Shown here: positions 1 to 12,464 of the stretch, one piece after another
Position numbering within the stretch: position 1 is the first letter of the stretch
Layout: each line of letters opens with the position of its first letter
Assembly (NCBI RefSeq): GCF_006345805.1
Contig: NC_043017.1
Coordinates: 15,872,001-15,936,000 of the forward strand
Length of the DNA: 64,000 nt
Reading direction: 5' to 3'
Source: Octopus sinensis
Lineage: Eukaryota
Notes under the pieces: generated by a model
Databases searched by the model: none
What the model saw: only the letters and a program-made list of their open reading frames with translations
Told to the model about the DNA's origin: nothing
Position numbers and translations under genes: made by a program

Positions 1-194
1 CACACACTCAGACCTATCCCTTAACTCTCATTCATAACCCATTCGACACACTTAGTAATGTCTATGATCACAGATAAACTGCTTTGCTATTCTGTGAAAA
101 TGCCACATGTTACACCAGTTGTAATTATTATTATCATTATTATTAAAAACGTTCTTTATCTGATACACTGATGACCTCTTGTCTTTCTCACAAG

Positions 195-366
195 ATGGTG
201 TGTTCCATTGTCACAGAAAGGGGACTCCACATGAAATCCCCATTCTCGGAAAAAAGTTGGACTGTTCCACTATCATGAAAAGAGGACTCCACATGAAGTT
301 TCCATTCCCAGAGATTGGATTGTTTTACTGTCACAAAAAGGGGACACCACATCAGATCCCCATTTC
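195..366 (+). repeat. Decayed ~60-bp tandem repeat x3
   Basis: TTCCA(T/C)T.TCA.A.AAA.G.GGAC.CCACAT.A units start near 203, 265 and 323. Confidence 0.7.
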
Positions 367-1156
367 TATTTAGCACCCTGATTTAGGCTACCCCGCATCC
401 AACGTAATCAAGACACACAGTGCCTTTTGCCCCAACAGGGACCCTTGAGTTCTTTGACAAAGTCCCAGCTGGTCTCATCTTCATATCTTACAGTCACAGC
501 AACAATCTCATTGTGGTTCCTGTCACAGATTTATTCTTCAATCCTGCTAAAATGCCATTTTTCCTCATTTATCCTTCCATCGTTATTTAGGATTATTTAC
601 TGAAAGTAGGTTGTAATCTGGTCTTGGGTGTGTCCATGCATATACCACATGTGGAGGTGTGTTTTACTTGTGTTAACATATGTAGAGTGTGCCACATGTA
701 TTATGTCACATTTGTGCTGTGTGCCACATAAGATGTCGGTCACTCTGTGTCCTGTCATTGTCTGTTGGCTAAAAAAAAAATGATGAGATGAAGGTGCTGA
801 TGATGACGATGACGATGATGATGATGTTGGTTGAAGAAGCCAATAGGTGAAAGTCAAATTTTACAGTACACATACACACACATGCTCGTACACACACACA
901 CACACACACATATGCACATACACATGCACACAAAACTAATTTAATGGTAAGCTGTTTTGTTTAAAAAGAAAAAAAAGGAAGACGAGTCAACATCTTCTGC
1001 AGGAGACAACTCCTGATATGTTATCATTTTATGCTGACCTCATTAGCCAAGTATAGAGAAGCAGTGATGTGTAAATCAATAAATGAATGGATATATTCAT
1101 ATATGCATTCATGGATATATATATATAAAGTTCATTCATACCTATAATTGTGTGTG

Positions 1157-1192
<36 letters not shown>

Positions 1193-1198
<6 letters not shown>

Positions 1199-1307
1199 GA
1201 GAAAAACGGAGACGATTCGGGTGGTTATTGACAAGAAAACCGTAGACACATATATGTCTTCTGTCTTCTTGTTGCTAAGCATCGAATTGTCTGTTTTCTC
1301 TTAATTT
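1193..1307. repeat. Decayed fold-back element next to (TA)n
   Basis: AAATTAGAGAAAAACGGAGACGATTCG...ACAAGAAAAC pairs imperfectly with GTCTTCTTGT...CGAATTGTCTGTTTTCTCTTAATTT. Confidence 0.6.
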
Positions 1308-2044
1308 ACTGTATTTTTTTGTTGTTTTGATCCAGTTTTTGTCTTTTATTGCTGACTGCAAGGACACAAGTTCAAAAGGAACCCATTCTTTAGGGAATCA
1401 TTGCTTTCCCATTGTCCACGGATATCATCCCTTCTTCACCCCCACATCCAGTTGTAACAAAGCTAGTTTGGTGTGAACTCTCTTCAGGTTTGTATGGGAA
1501 CCATCTCAAAGTTCATGTGAACTTTTTTTTCTTCGACCATTGTTTGATGCTGAACTTGTCCAGAAATATGTTGTCGTTGATGTTGTTGTTGATGTTGTTG
1601 TTAGAGACTAAGCGTGACTAATGACCTTGGGACACCATCTGCTAGAAAAGCAACAGTCAAGTCAATGCTTTTTTTTTTTTTACTTTTCTTTTGTTTCAAG
1701 TGGAGGCATGTGACTTATTGGTTTGGGTATAGTGCTCAGGATTGCAGTTTCAATCCCTGAACTAGAATGGTTTTGTTGTGTTCTTGAGCAAAACACTTCA
1801 TTTGCCATTGTTTAAGTCCACTTAACTGCGAATGAGTAATTTTGCAATGGACTGGCATCGCATTCAGGGGGAATGATGCGGTGTCGGTCATTTGCATGCC
1901 CTGGAAACTGGGGAACCAGCTCTTATGAGTCCTACAACTTGAGACACTGATGCCCAGGGGACTTATTTTTTTACTACTAGGTTTTGAGGAAGGTGCAGTG
2001 CCCATGACCTTCATGGCCCCTCCCCTCCAAAGTGGTGACGTTGA

Positions 2045-2530
2045 TAATGTTTCCACTTAAAATATTGTGAGTTGCAGGACAGACATGTAGAGGGGGGAAG
2101 GAATTTGAGGGGACCAAGATACTGGTGGTAGGGGAAAAGACTGGGTGCAGGGGTTATTGTGAGGTCTAGGCATGATAAGAAGGGGAGAAGTGAATGAGTC
2201 ACAAGTGCCTGAGTGGGTCAGTCGTTTCTGAGGAGCATAGGCCTTTGTAGTAGTGGTAGAAAAGGCAGAGAGATGTAACACAGCATGTCTGTGAATGCCT
2301 TAATGCCAGTCAGTCTTATTCTACTTGGGATTCAAGGTATGTCTCCAGGAGCAGCATCATCTTCCCAGATGTGTGAGTAGGACCCTGTTACGTGCGTGTG
2401 AGGCTCACTTAAGCTTTATGGCGAATCAGCTATTGTTGGGATGAGTGGAGCATCATCTGGGCCTGAGGAGACTGGCCAGTGTCTGTGATGTGGTTCTGTC
2501 TGTTTCAAGAATGTGGGATTGTCAAGGGAA
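2045..2530 (-). mobile_element. Decayed CR1/L2/Jockey-group LINE, RT C-terminal region
   Basis: Minus-strand translation gives HKA*V..SYSHIW and SLCLFYHYYKGLCSSE (2226-2273), then QSF..W..YFKW. This matches the YKAQVRP.LEYCSHIW / SLCLFYRYY.G.CS.E / SFFPRT..LWN motifs of CR1-group ORF2, with stops and frameshifts. Confidence 0.75.
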
Positions 2531-2605
2531 ATCCTCACACTTACTAACGGGGGAAAGGAATTTAATTAATTAATGATAGTGATGGAGTAACGAAGACAAT
2601 ATTAG

Positions 2606-3102
2606 GGCTGTGAGCTGACAGAATCGTTAACATGCCGAGTGAAATGCTTCGCGGTATTTCGTTTGGTGTTACATTCTGAGTTTAAACTCCGCCAAGGTCA
2701 ATTTTGTCATTCATCTTTTTGGGGTCAATTAAATAAGTGCCAGTTACACAATGGGGTTGATGTCAACAACTGAAACCCTTTGTCCTTGTTTGTCCCCTCT
2801 ATGTTTAGCCCCCTGTGGGGAATAAAGAAATAAATATTAGTTTAATGAATAATATTGATTTAAATGTTAGGGCAGTGAGCTGTCGGACTCATTAGCTACC
2901 AGACTCGTTAGCACACTGGGTAAAATCCTTAATTGCATTTCATCTGCCTTTTTGTTCTGAGTTCAAATTCCACAGAGGTTGAGTTTACCTTTCATCCTTT
3001 TGGGGTCAATGAAATAAGTACCAGTTGAGCACTGGGGTTGATGTAATTGATTTACCCCCTCCCCCAAAATTGCTGGCCTTGTGTCAAAATTTGAAACCAG
3101 TA
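2606..3102 (+). mobile_element. Two adjacent tRNA-derived SINE family B copies (2606-2832, 2871-3102)
   Basis: Head GGC(A/T)GTGAGCTG.CAGAATCGTTA, B box GAGTTCAAATTCC, body TTTCATCCTTTTGGGGTCAAT..AATAAGTACCAG. Confidence 0.8.
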
Positions 3103-3589
3103 TTAATTTAATTGTTGAGCCTCATTAGTACCAAGGTGGGTGATTGCTTGAGAAACTTAAGTGCTGAAAACCTGACCTTTTGTTCTTAGGTGGTCAACTG
3201 CATCCAGTATCCAGTTTAAAACCACCAGTTAGTTCCTGGGTATCTTCAATAGGGTCTACCCTGTTGTACCCTAGTTTATTACTACCACCTGGTCCTTGGT
3301 TACTTTTAGTAGAGTCTACCCTGTTAAACTAGGTCCCTGGTTTGAGGAGTCTTCTTCCCTTCCTTCTTCCTTGTCCCCACTGTCTTTGAGGCCCTTTAAA
3401 AAGTCATGGGCTTTTCCTTCCCGCCTGATAAAAGGATAAAAATAATCTGATTCAGGCAAATATGAGAGACAACTCAGGATATATTTCAGTCTTATGAAAT
3501 CTCTTTAGCTTCAAATACTCGCATTCTACAATGTTTGAATATTTCATGGAGCAACAAACAAGGTAGTCTCTACATGGCTTTCTTGTTCT

Positions 3590-4000
3590 GCTAGAAATAG
3601 GAACCAATCAAACCTTCCTCAAATTATGCTCTATCATTGTAAAAACAGAACGTGTTGTGTAACCCCAGATCAACCATGATCCAGCAGACCTATGATCAAA
3701 AGACATTCCAGCCATGACCATTCAGTCTTGTATCTAGAACTATGTTATCCTTCCTTTTTATTGTTCAGCTCCTAATTCAGCAAAGAAATTTATGATCAAG
3801 GTTGTTCCAGATATGACCATCTCATCATTTACCCAGATATAATATACTAATGTATGCTTTCTTGTTACTGTTTAGCCCCAGGTTAGCCCTGTTCCCTATA
3901 AGAGGACGTTCCAGTCATGACCATCCCATCTTTTATTCAGGCGTAGTGTATCTAAGACTCTATTATCAAGTGTGCTGTTTCATTGTGTTATTAAACAAAC
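3590..4000. repeat. Unclassified dispersed repeat family E (also ~11620-12030, 13520-13790, 18080-18300, 40330-40980, 45240-45610, 52830-53200, 63760-63920)
   Basis: Recurring motifs CTAGAAATAGCAGCCAAAT and AGACCTATGATCAAAGACATTCCAGCCATGACCATC on both strands. Confidence 0.65.
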
Positions 4001-4655
4001 AAGCCTGTCCTTATTGCCCTTTATCAATGCTGAAACACTAACAATAATAATTGCATGCTACTAATTAAGTACTATTTAATGAGCTAATAATTACGTCAGA
4101 CTTCATTGGGAAAGGGTTTGAAATTTTAACCATATATTTATTCTGTGGCATTTATCGTCATCATCGTCATCATCATCATCGTCATCATCATCGTCATCAT
4201 CATCATCATCATCATCTTCATAAATGATGATGATGATTTAATTTTCTTTTATTTACATTTTACTCTTTTAGTGTTTTTGTGAGGTGGAGGTTCAGTGCCT
4301 GTGGTCATGCTGGAGCACTGCTTTTCAAGTGGACGGAGGTATAGTCAGTGGCAGTAGTACTCAACATGAGTGCAAAGGGATGTAATGAAAAGCATTTTCC
4401 TTCAATACCCTGATTCTGCTGTCCCCTCTTTTAACATTTCGCTTTCTCCATGCATCAAGGCCAATCTTCTATAGCTGGGTGCTCTTCCTGTCACTTATCT
4501 CCACCTGTTTCCAAGTGAAGGTGATATTTCCCCATGGCCAGACATATTTTTATGGAAGATTGGTAACAGACACTGCAGTATGACAGTGATACTTTTTTAC
4601 AGCTATCATGTGATATCAAAATAAGGAGACACTAACACACACTAACATTCATTTG

Positions 4656-4717
<62 letters not shown>

Positions 4718-4740
4718 ATATATATATATATATATATATT

Positions 4741-5543
4741 CTCTTTTTTTTTTTACTCTTTTACTTGTTTCAGTCATTTGACTGTGGCCATGCTGGAGCA
4801 CCGCCTTTAGTCGAGCAAATCGACCCCAGGACTTATTCTTTGTAAGCCTAGTACTTATTCTATTGGTCTCTGTTGCCAAACCGCTAAGTTACAGGGACGT
4901 AAACACACCAGCATCAGTTGTCAAGCGATGTTGGAGGGACAAACACAGACACACAAACATATACGACGGGCTTTTTTCAGTTTCCGTCTACCAAATCCAC
5001 TCACAAAGCTTTGGTCGGCCCAAGGCTACAGTAGAAGACACTTACCCAAGGTGCCACGAAGTGGGACTGGACCCGGAACCATGTAGTTCGTAAGCAAGCT
5101 ACTTACCACACAGCCACTTCTACACCTATATATATATATATTATATATATATATATATTCTCTTTTTTTTTTTACTCTTTTACTTGTTTCAGTCATTTGA
5201 CTGTGGCCATGCTGGAGCACCGCCTTTAGTCGAGCAAATCGACCCCAGGACTTATTCTTTGTAAGCCTAGTACTTATTCTATTGGTCTCTGTTGCCAAAC
5301 CGCTAAGTTACAGGGACGTAAACACACCAGCATCAGTTGTCAAGCGATGTTGGAGGGACAAACACAGACACACAAACATATACGACGGGCTTTTTTCAGT
5401 TTCCGTCTACCAAATCCACTCACAAGGCTTTGGTCGGCCCAAGGCTATAGTAGAAGACACTTACCCAAGGTGCCACGAAGTGGGACTGGACCCGGAACCA
5501 TGTAGTTCGTAAGCAAGCTACTTACCACACAGCCACTTCTACA

Positions 5544-5577
<34 letters not shown>
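4741..5577. repeat. 419-bp tandem duplication (whole family A SINE + TA tract)
   Basis: 4741 aligns to 5160; I see only two substitutions over ~385 bp of non-microsatellite sequence. Confidence 0.9.
4756..5126 (-). mobile_element. tRNA-derived SINE family A (second copy 5175-5545)
   Basis: The minus-strand head GGTGTAGAAGTGGCTGTGTGGTAAG...GGTCCAGTCCC carries Pol III A/B-box-like motifs; the tail is AAATGACTGAAACAAGTAAAAGAG. Confidence 0.8.
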
Positions 5578-5583
<6 letters not shown>

Positions 5584-5589
5584 CATATG

Positions 5590-5885
5590 TATATTCGATA
5601 GACTCTCCCTTCGTTAGACGACATATGAGGGTTCTGCAATTTCTTACTCAACAACCACACAGATGATTTGTTTGTAGTGATCAAATGTTTGTGTAGACAT
5701 AAGCTCATTCCCTCCATCAAATCGATATTACCTGCACAGGTGCAACTGGGTGCCACATGTTAGATGTCAAAATGATTGCAGAGCAACATGAAATCAAGTG
5801 CTTTGCTCAAGAACACAATGCAATACCCGGTCTGGGAACTGAACCCACGATCTTGCAATCATTAGTGCAACACCCTAACCACCAA
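5590..5885 (-). mobile_element. SINE family C variant (others at ~1715-1950 +, 8200-8447 -, 51040-51250 -, 53345-53612 -)
   Basis: Shared TTTGCTCAAGAACACAA...GAACCCAC...CAACACCCTAACCAC head in reverse orientation. Confidence 0.65.
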
Positions 5886-6154
5886 GAAGTTTGACTCGTC
5901 TCCATGCAAAGTTCTGGAGGGCAATGAAACTTTGTCACATGGAACCAAGTCAAACTGTTATCAAAAATAGATGCAGCTTCTACCCAACCTGTAGAGGACC
6001 ACCTTTTCTTTGTTTGCCCACTCACCCGTGTGTGTGTGTGTGTGTGTATTTATATATATATGCATACATTCATCCTATAGGCTTTCATCAGTTTGTAGCT
6101 CGGTGGACTGTGCCACACTGTGTCATCAACTTTTGTGGTGGCAGTGACCCATGC

Positions 6155-6290
6155 ATTGGAGAATCCAGCACAGCGCACCAAAGAAGACACGGGCGAAACA
6201 AATTGAGGAAGACTTGAAGTTGCAGCATCTCAACTTCAAGCAGTGCCATAAATTGGAAAGGATGGAATAACATCATCACCAGAGTCCGTC
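6155..6290 (+). mobile_element. RTE LINE ORF C-terminal fragment
   Basis: PKKTRAKQIEEDLKL...AINWKGWNNII resembles the RTE GRPKKTW...EDL...A.DR..WR terminus. Confidence 0.5.
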
Positions 6291-7026
6291 ATCCAATGGC
6301 TCCTACAGCAGTGTATTGGTTGAGGGGACAGCCTCCCTCTCTTGTTGCCAGCTAGGGATTTAAAAAGATGTCACCCAATCACATCTTGGCAGACATGCCC
6401 ACATGGTGGTAACAACAGCTGGTGCTCATGCTTCATGCTTATTAAATCTCTTCAGCAAAGCATCACTCACCCCCCACCACCACCACCACCATACCGACCG
6501 GTTCAGTGATGAGATAATCACTGCATTGATGTATAACAGTGGTTATCAGCCATTTTTCACCCCTGGGCCCGTTTGATTGCCATCTGATGACTCAGATAAT
6601 TCCTCATGGCCACACAATGTTAAAAAGAAATAAAATTGTTAAAATGCTTTGTGCATTGTAGAAGAATAAGCAATTTATTGGCAATAAATTTTAAGACCAA
6701 AATCTTAAATGCACCCCTAAGGGCCATAGGTACCCCGGTTGGGAACCACTGACTTACTACAATAATGAACACAATAATGGGTGTCAGTAATGAACATGAC
6801 TGAGGGAAAATTACCCAGAGACTCCATTTGCTTGAAAAAACAGCAGTCAGGTTAATGCTGCCACATTTGGGTTGTCAGGTAAATAACCTCTATTCTAAAG
6901 AAAAGAACTCCAGGTATTTATTTCACCATTCAGTTGATCAATGTTTAGTGGAAGGTGTGACTATGAAGACAAGTAGACAATACGCTCTTGTTTCAATTCA
7001 GGTGTGACTGAATATTAATATTAATT

Positions 7027-7262
7027 AAGGTGAAGGTGACAAACTGGCAGAATTGTTAGCGTGCCAGGCAGAATACTTAGTGGCATTTTGTTTATCTTTA
7101 CATCCTGAGTTCAAACTCCACCAAGGTCGACTTTACCATTCATCCTTGCGAGGGGGGGGGTCAATAAAATAAGTACCAGTTATGTATTGGTGTCAATGTA
7201 ATCAGTATACCCCACCTTCTCTGAAATTGCTGGCCTTGTGCCAAAATTTAAGACCAATATTA
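7027..7262 (+). mobile_element. SINE family B
   Basis: Same head, B-box and body motifs. Confidence 0.75.
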
Positions 7263-8736
7263 ATTAGGGATTTCTCAAAGAACTTGTCAGGTAGACAGGT
7301 ACTTAAGCTGCCCTCCCTTTTAATGCAGGTATGACAATTATTTATCAACCATTTAGCCAGGTCATTACTTTGTACTTTGTTTCAGCACAGGTGTCACAAC
7401 CTATATCTATTAGTAGTCAGGTAGGTAAGCTGTACTCTCCAGAAAGTTACCTCAGTGTCTGTGTGTCACCCTCCACCAATCTTCAACTTCAATATCTTTA
7501 AAGGTGTGACTGATTTCACATTCCATTTACTATAAAACAACTTTTTCAAAACCTTCACAATGCAAAAAAAAAGAAGAAAAAAAAAAAAAAAACCACCATC
7601 CTGTTTCTTCACCCCTCCCCCCACCTCACTTCCCCTCCATTACTCCTTTTCTTTCTTGCAATAAATTTACATACACACACACACACACACATATATATAT
7701 AAACACACATGCATGTATATACACATATTTATAAACACACACACAGATATACATATATACATACAGATTTTTTCCTTTTTTTTTTTCGGCCCAGTTCGTA
7801 TGTTCACTCTGATAAACCTATTCTGTGCCCCACCCCTTCTCCCCTTTCTCTTTCTCTCCCTTTTTTTCTCTTTCTCTCCCACACAAACATTTATTATGTC
7901 ACTCATTACACACCTATTCTGTTCTTTCTCATTCAACTCCTTTATTTAACTGGAGTCAACTTACATTGTCTATCACATCGCCACCCTTACTCCACCTTCC
8001 TTTTGTTTGTCTCTCCCCCCCGCCCACACCACCCTAATTCTCAAAACCCCTCACCTCCATGTCACAGTCTACACCTGTATATCCTCTCCCTCACCTCCAC
8101 TACTCCCAAATCTTTGACCTTGTACCCTTGTGAGGAATTATCCCACCCCAATGCCAGGGATTAGTAGTCCTGAATGTATATATCTCTGAACATTGCTGTC
8201 TCGAGTTCAAGTACTCGAAGGGTCGACTCCCCAGTTTTCCATGGGACATAAGTGATCCAAATCACAACTGTCCCCACTGGACGGGACACCAGGCCATAGC
8301 AGGGTCACTCATTTGCAGTGGAGTTGACTCGAACGATGGGAAATAAAGGGTTTGGCTCAAAAACACAACACCTGGCCTAGGAATTGAAACCACAACCTTG
8401 TGATTGGGACTACAACACCCTAACCACTAAGCCACAAGCCTTCACTAAAGAGATGGAACAAATACATCATCAACTCCTGGTTACTCATTTTGCATGGCAT
8501 GAAAGTGGCTGAGAGGAAGAACAAACACACACACAACAAAAACATTTATATGTGTGTGTAGATACACACACACACACATGCTTACAGCTGTTTCTGCTGT
8601 AGGATGCAGTGTGCTCAAAGCTTAGTGGTTGTGCATCATAGCTTCCTCAGATTCATTTTAGAGACTCTGAGGAAGCTATAAGGTGATGCACAAAAACTTG
8701 ACTCTGAGCGCACTGCATCATACATACATGTATATC

Positions 8737-8880
8737 ATCATCATCATTTAACATCCATTTTCCATGCTGGCATGGGTTGGATGGTTTGGCCAGAGCTGGT
8801 AAGGCACAAGGTTCCATTGTCTGTTCTGGCATCGTTTCTACAGCTGGATGCCCTTCCTAGTGCCATTAACTTTATGGAGT
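8737..8880 (-). mobile_element. Family D RTE 3' end
   Basis: (CAT)nTTAACATCCATTTTCCATGCTGGCATGGGTTGG...CTGGATGCCCTTCC. Confidence 0.7.
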
Positions 8881-9124
8881 GGACTCTGTGTGTGTGTGCA
8901 TATATATATATATATATATATTTGCTCCATCTATACCGGATGTCGCTTCTCCCACCACCATTATAGGTGTCTACTCTTCGAACCCCCCTCTTCAATACGC
9001 TATTTCACCATGCATTACCCCTCTCTTGATATCCTACGTTCTACTTGCCTAGAACCTGTCATCATTTCTCTGAACCACCCCTCCCCACTGGTGCTCCCCT
9101 ATATATTTCTGCCCCCCCCCACAT

Positions 9125-9352
9125 AAAAGCACCATCCGAACGTGGCCGATGCCAGACCCCTCTGGCACCTGTGCAGGTGGCACGTAAAAAACACCCACTA
9201 CACTCGCGGAGTGGTTGGCGTTAGGAAGGGCATCCAGCTGTAGAAACACTGCCTGACTAGGGGCAGTCCCGAGCTCCCCAGACCCCGGTCGAAACCGTCC
9301 AACCCGTGCTAGCGCGGAAAACGGACGTTAAACGATGATGATGATGATGATG
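9125..9352 (+). mobile_element. RTE-derived (GAT)n-tailed repeat (family D)
   Basis: GGCACGTAAAAAACACCCACTACAC...GGCATCCAGCTGTAGAAAC...CGTTAAAC(GAT)n. Confidence 0.75.
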
Positions 9353-9364
9353 ATATATGATAAT

Positions 9365-9702
9365 TAGGTCTGATGAAGGCAATGGCCAAGACCTTTGGCA
9401 TTATGTCCATGCTTGGGAAGAAGACCCATCAAGCCAAGTAAAATCGCAGTCATGGCAGATAATGGTGTCACGCAAATTGACACACACCCCAGTTTCACAC
9501 AAATGGCACCTGTGCCAGTGGCACATAAGAGCACCCATTACATTCTCAGAGTGGTTGGCATTAGGAAGGGTATCCAGCCATAGAAAACCATGCCAAATCA
9601 GAATGGAGTCTGGTGCAGCCTTCCAGCATGCCAGCTCTGATCAAACTTTCCAACCCATACCAGCATGGACAATAGACGTTAAATGATGATGATGATGATG
9701 AT
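9365..9702 (+). mobile_element. RTE LINE 3' end
   Basis: LMKAMAK/DLWHYV terminus followed by the shared 3' UTR (TTGGCATTAGGAAGGG...CCAACCCATACCAGCATGG...(GAT)n). Confidence 0.7.
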
Positions 9703-10611
9703 GTTTGTATGTGTGTGTGTGTGTGTGTATACATACATACTCGATAATCTTACACACAGTTTCCATTCTACCGAATTCACTCACATGGCATTGGGCCATC
9801 CCTGGGCTGCAACAAAAGACACACTTGTCCTGTGTGTGCTGCACAGAAGGAATGAACCTGAAACCTCTTGGTTGAGGAGCAAACTTCTTAACTACACAAC
9901 TATTGCTGCATCTTTGGTTGGAATTGAACCACTGATCCCTTGTTTACTAGTCAGATGTCTTACCTTTCTGTTTGTAGTTGGTTTGTAATATTTAATGAAA
10001 GAGGAATGAGAGATTACACTTTGTGTATAAGTGAGGGTAGGGGTATTGTTAATTAGATTCAACCTCAGTGTATGACTGGTACTTAATGTTATCATTCCTG
10101 GAAGGATGAAAAGATAAAGTGAGCCCTGGTAGCATTTGAACTCAAAATGCTGGAGAACGCATCTAAAATACCACAACACTTTCTGAATTCGATTTCGCCC
10201 ATAAAAATATGAAATTCCTATTATCAATAACATTGATGGCTGATTGGTGGGGGTGGCGGAGGTGGTAGCAGTGGTGGTTTGTCTGTGCATGGTTGGATGG
10301 TTTCGTTGGTGGCATAGTGATCATGTGATGATGGTGGTATCGGTGGCTGTGTTGTTGGTATGAGTGGTTGTTCTGCTGATGATTGCGGTGGTTTCTGATC
10401 ATATTGTGTTGGCGGTCGTTGTTGGTCCATACACTGGTCGACTTGGTGGTGGTGGTGGTGGTGGTGGTAGTAGTGATTAAAAACCCGTCAATATTCTATA
10501 ATAAACCCCTCACCCGACATATCTTCTGGCTGTTACTTACAACCACTGCTACTTCCACCTCTCTTTCGCTCTTCCCTCCACCCTCTCCGATAGTAGTGGT
10601 GATGGGTGATC

Positions 10612-10643
<32 letters not shown>

Positions 10644-11420
10644 TGCTGTTTAAATTGAGATCAACTCTGATCGATCTGAGCTATGATCAAATATATTCCA
10701 ACCGTGACCCTCCAGTCTTTGGAAGTGAGAGAGAGAGAGGAGGATAATCTAGAACTCCATTATGTAATGCGTAACCTTCCCTATATTAAAGACTGCAGTG
10801 TAATTTGAGGGAGATTGTACTGCTGCTTCTAACAGGTCGCCGCTCCGCCGTAGTTTCGTGGTGGTGGTGGTGGTGGTGATGGTGGTGGTGGTATCTTTCA
10901 CCACATTGCAGTCAATTCCTCCTCCTTCCACATCGTTTCCTTCTCTTACCCACCCCCTTCCATGTTTCCTCTGATGTTTTATTGATTTTCCTCCTCCTCC
11001 TTCCTCCTGCTGCTGCTGCTGCTGCTGCCTTTTGCACTGTCATGTGAGAAAGACGTACCGTGTGTGTGTGTGTATGTGTGTGTGTAAGTGTGTGTGTAAG
11101 TGTGTGTGTAAGTGCATTGTGCATGTGTAAATGCACCTCTGTATGTGTGTGTATGTGTCATATACATAGAATTGTTGCCATGCTGACATCGCCCTCTTTC
11201 ACTTACTTTACCTATCGTTCTCTTTCTCTCTCTAACACTCTCTATTACTTACCCTTTCTCTATGATTCTCTCTCTCTCTATCACATCAATTTATCTTTAC
11301 TCTCTCTCTCTCGTTCCCGCCATTTAGCGAATGTTTTTTTCTTCTTCACAGAACGAAAACACAACTAGGCTACTCTCTTCCTCCCTCCCTCCCTCTCTTT
11401 CTCTCTCTTACTCTCTCTCT

Positions 11421-11455
<35 letters not shown>

Positions 11456-12112
11456 ACATTAAAATCTTCTCCCTCCGTGTTGACCCATTTCAACCATCCA
11501 ACATAATCAACAAGCTGTCCGTCTGTCCGCATGTCCGTCCTCCCTTTCGCTTCTCTGATCATTTAGCCTTATATCTCACCTTAGCTATCTTAGAATGAAA
11601 CGCATTTAATGGCTATAGCAGGCAGATGTAGTCCTAGATACACTATGCCTGAATAAAAAGTTGGGATGATCATGGTTGGAACATATTTGATCATTAGTTG
11701 ACTCGGGGCTAAATAAATAACAACAAGGTATTGACATTTGTATGAAGGACAGCTTTCTTCGTCAGTGCTCAACGATTCGTTAATTAGTGATGACCTTATC
11801 GCTAATTAATTTCAGTTTATTTGGTCAAACATCGGCAAAGATTATTGTTTGTATAAACGAGACAAGGGGAGCCTCTTAGCAGTCGCTTGACATGCCTGGA
11901 TTAACAGCCGAGTCTCTTTCAGATCTGCACCCTTAAACAAAAATGTTTCCCTGCACATTGGAAAAAAAAGACAGGATGGTCACAGTTGGACTGTCTTTGT
12001 AGACCTGTTGGATCAGTGTTGACCTGGGATTATTAAAAATAATTTTGTGTAAACCAGAAAATTACTATTTTTAAATCTCACGAGAGATATTCAGCAACAG
12101 TACTTTGGAGTA

Positions 12113-12464
12113 AAGGTTGTTTGCCAACATAACATGGCAGTCCTGGTTTAGGACGAATGTTGCTGTAATTTAGCCCCAGGAGAATCGTCTCTAGCTGTCT
12201 ATCCGACACGATCTGTGTCCTTATATTTTCGAACAAGGGAATTTAGCACACACACCCCACTCAGCACAAAAACAAACAAAAAAATACGGAAATCACGATA
12301 TACAGATATTGTTTTGAGCTGAGTTGGGGTGCTAGAGTCCCTTGTTTGAAAATATAAGGACACAGATTGTCGTATAGCCAACTGAAGACGATGTCTCCTG
12401 GGGCTAAATTACAGCAACATTCGTCCTAAACCAGGACTGCCAGGTTATGTTGGCAAACAATCTT
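12113..12464. mobile_element. MITE with ~155-160-bp terminal inverted repeats
   Basis: Arm 12113-12273 is the imperfect reverse complement of 12310-12464 (e.g. GGCAGTCCTGGTTTAGGACGAATGTTGCTGTAATTTAGCCCCAGGAGA is perfect). Confidence 0.85.

Noticed and set aside
2606-2700. SINE heads as tRNA genes
   Set aside because: A/B boxes are present, but there is no cloverleaf, and they continue into SINE bodies repeated across the window.
9370-9400. CTGATGA-AGGC-AATG-GCC as a hammerhead
   Set aside because: There is no GAAA or stem I/III, and it lies in RTE coding remnants (LMKAMAK..DLWHYV).
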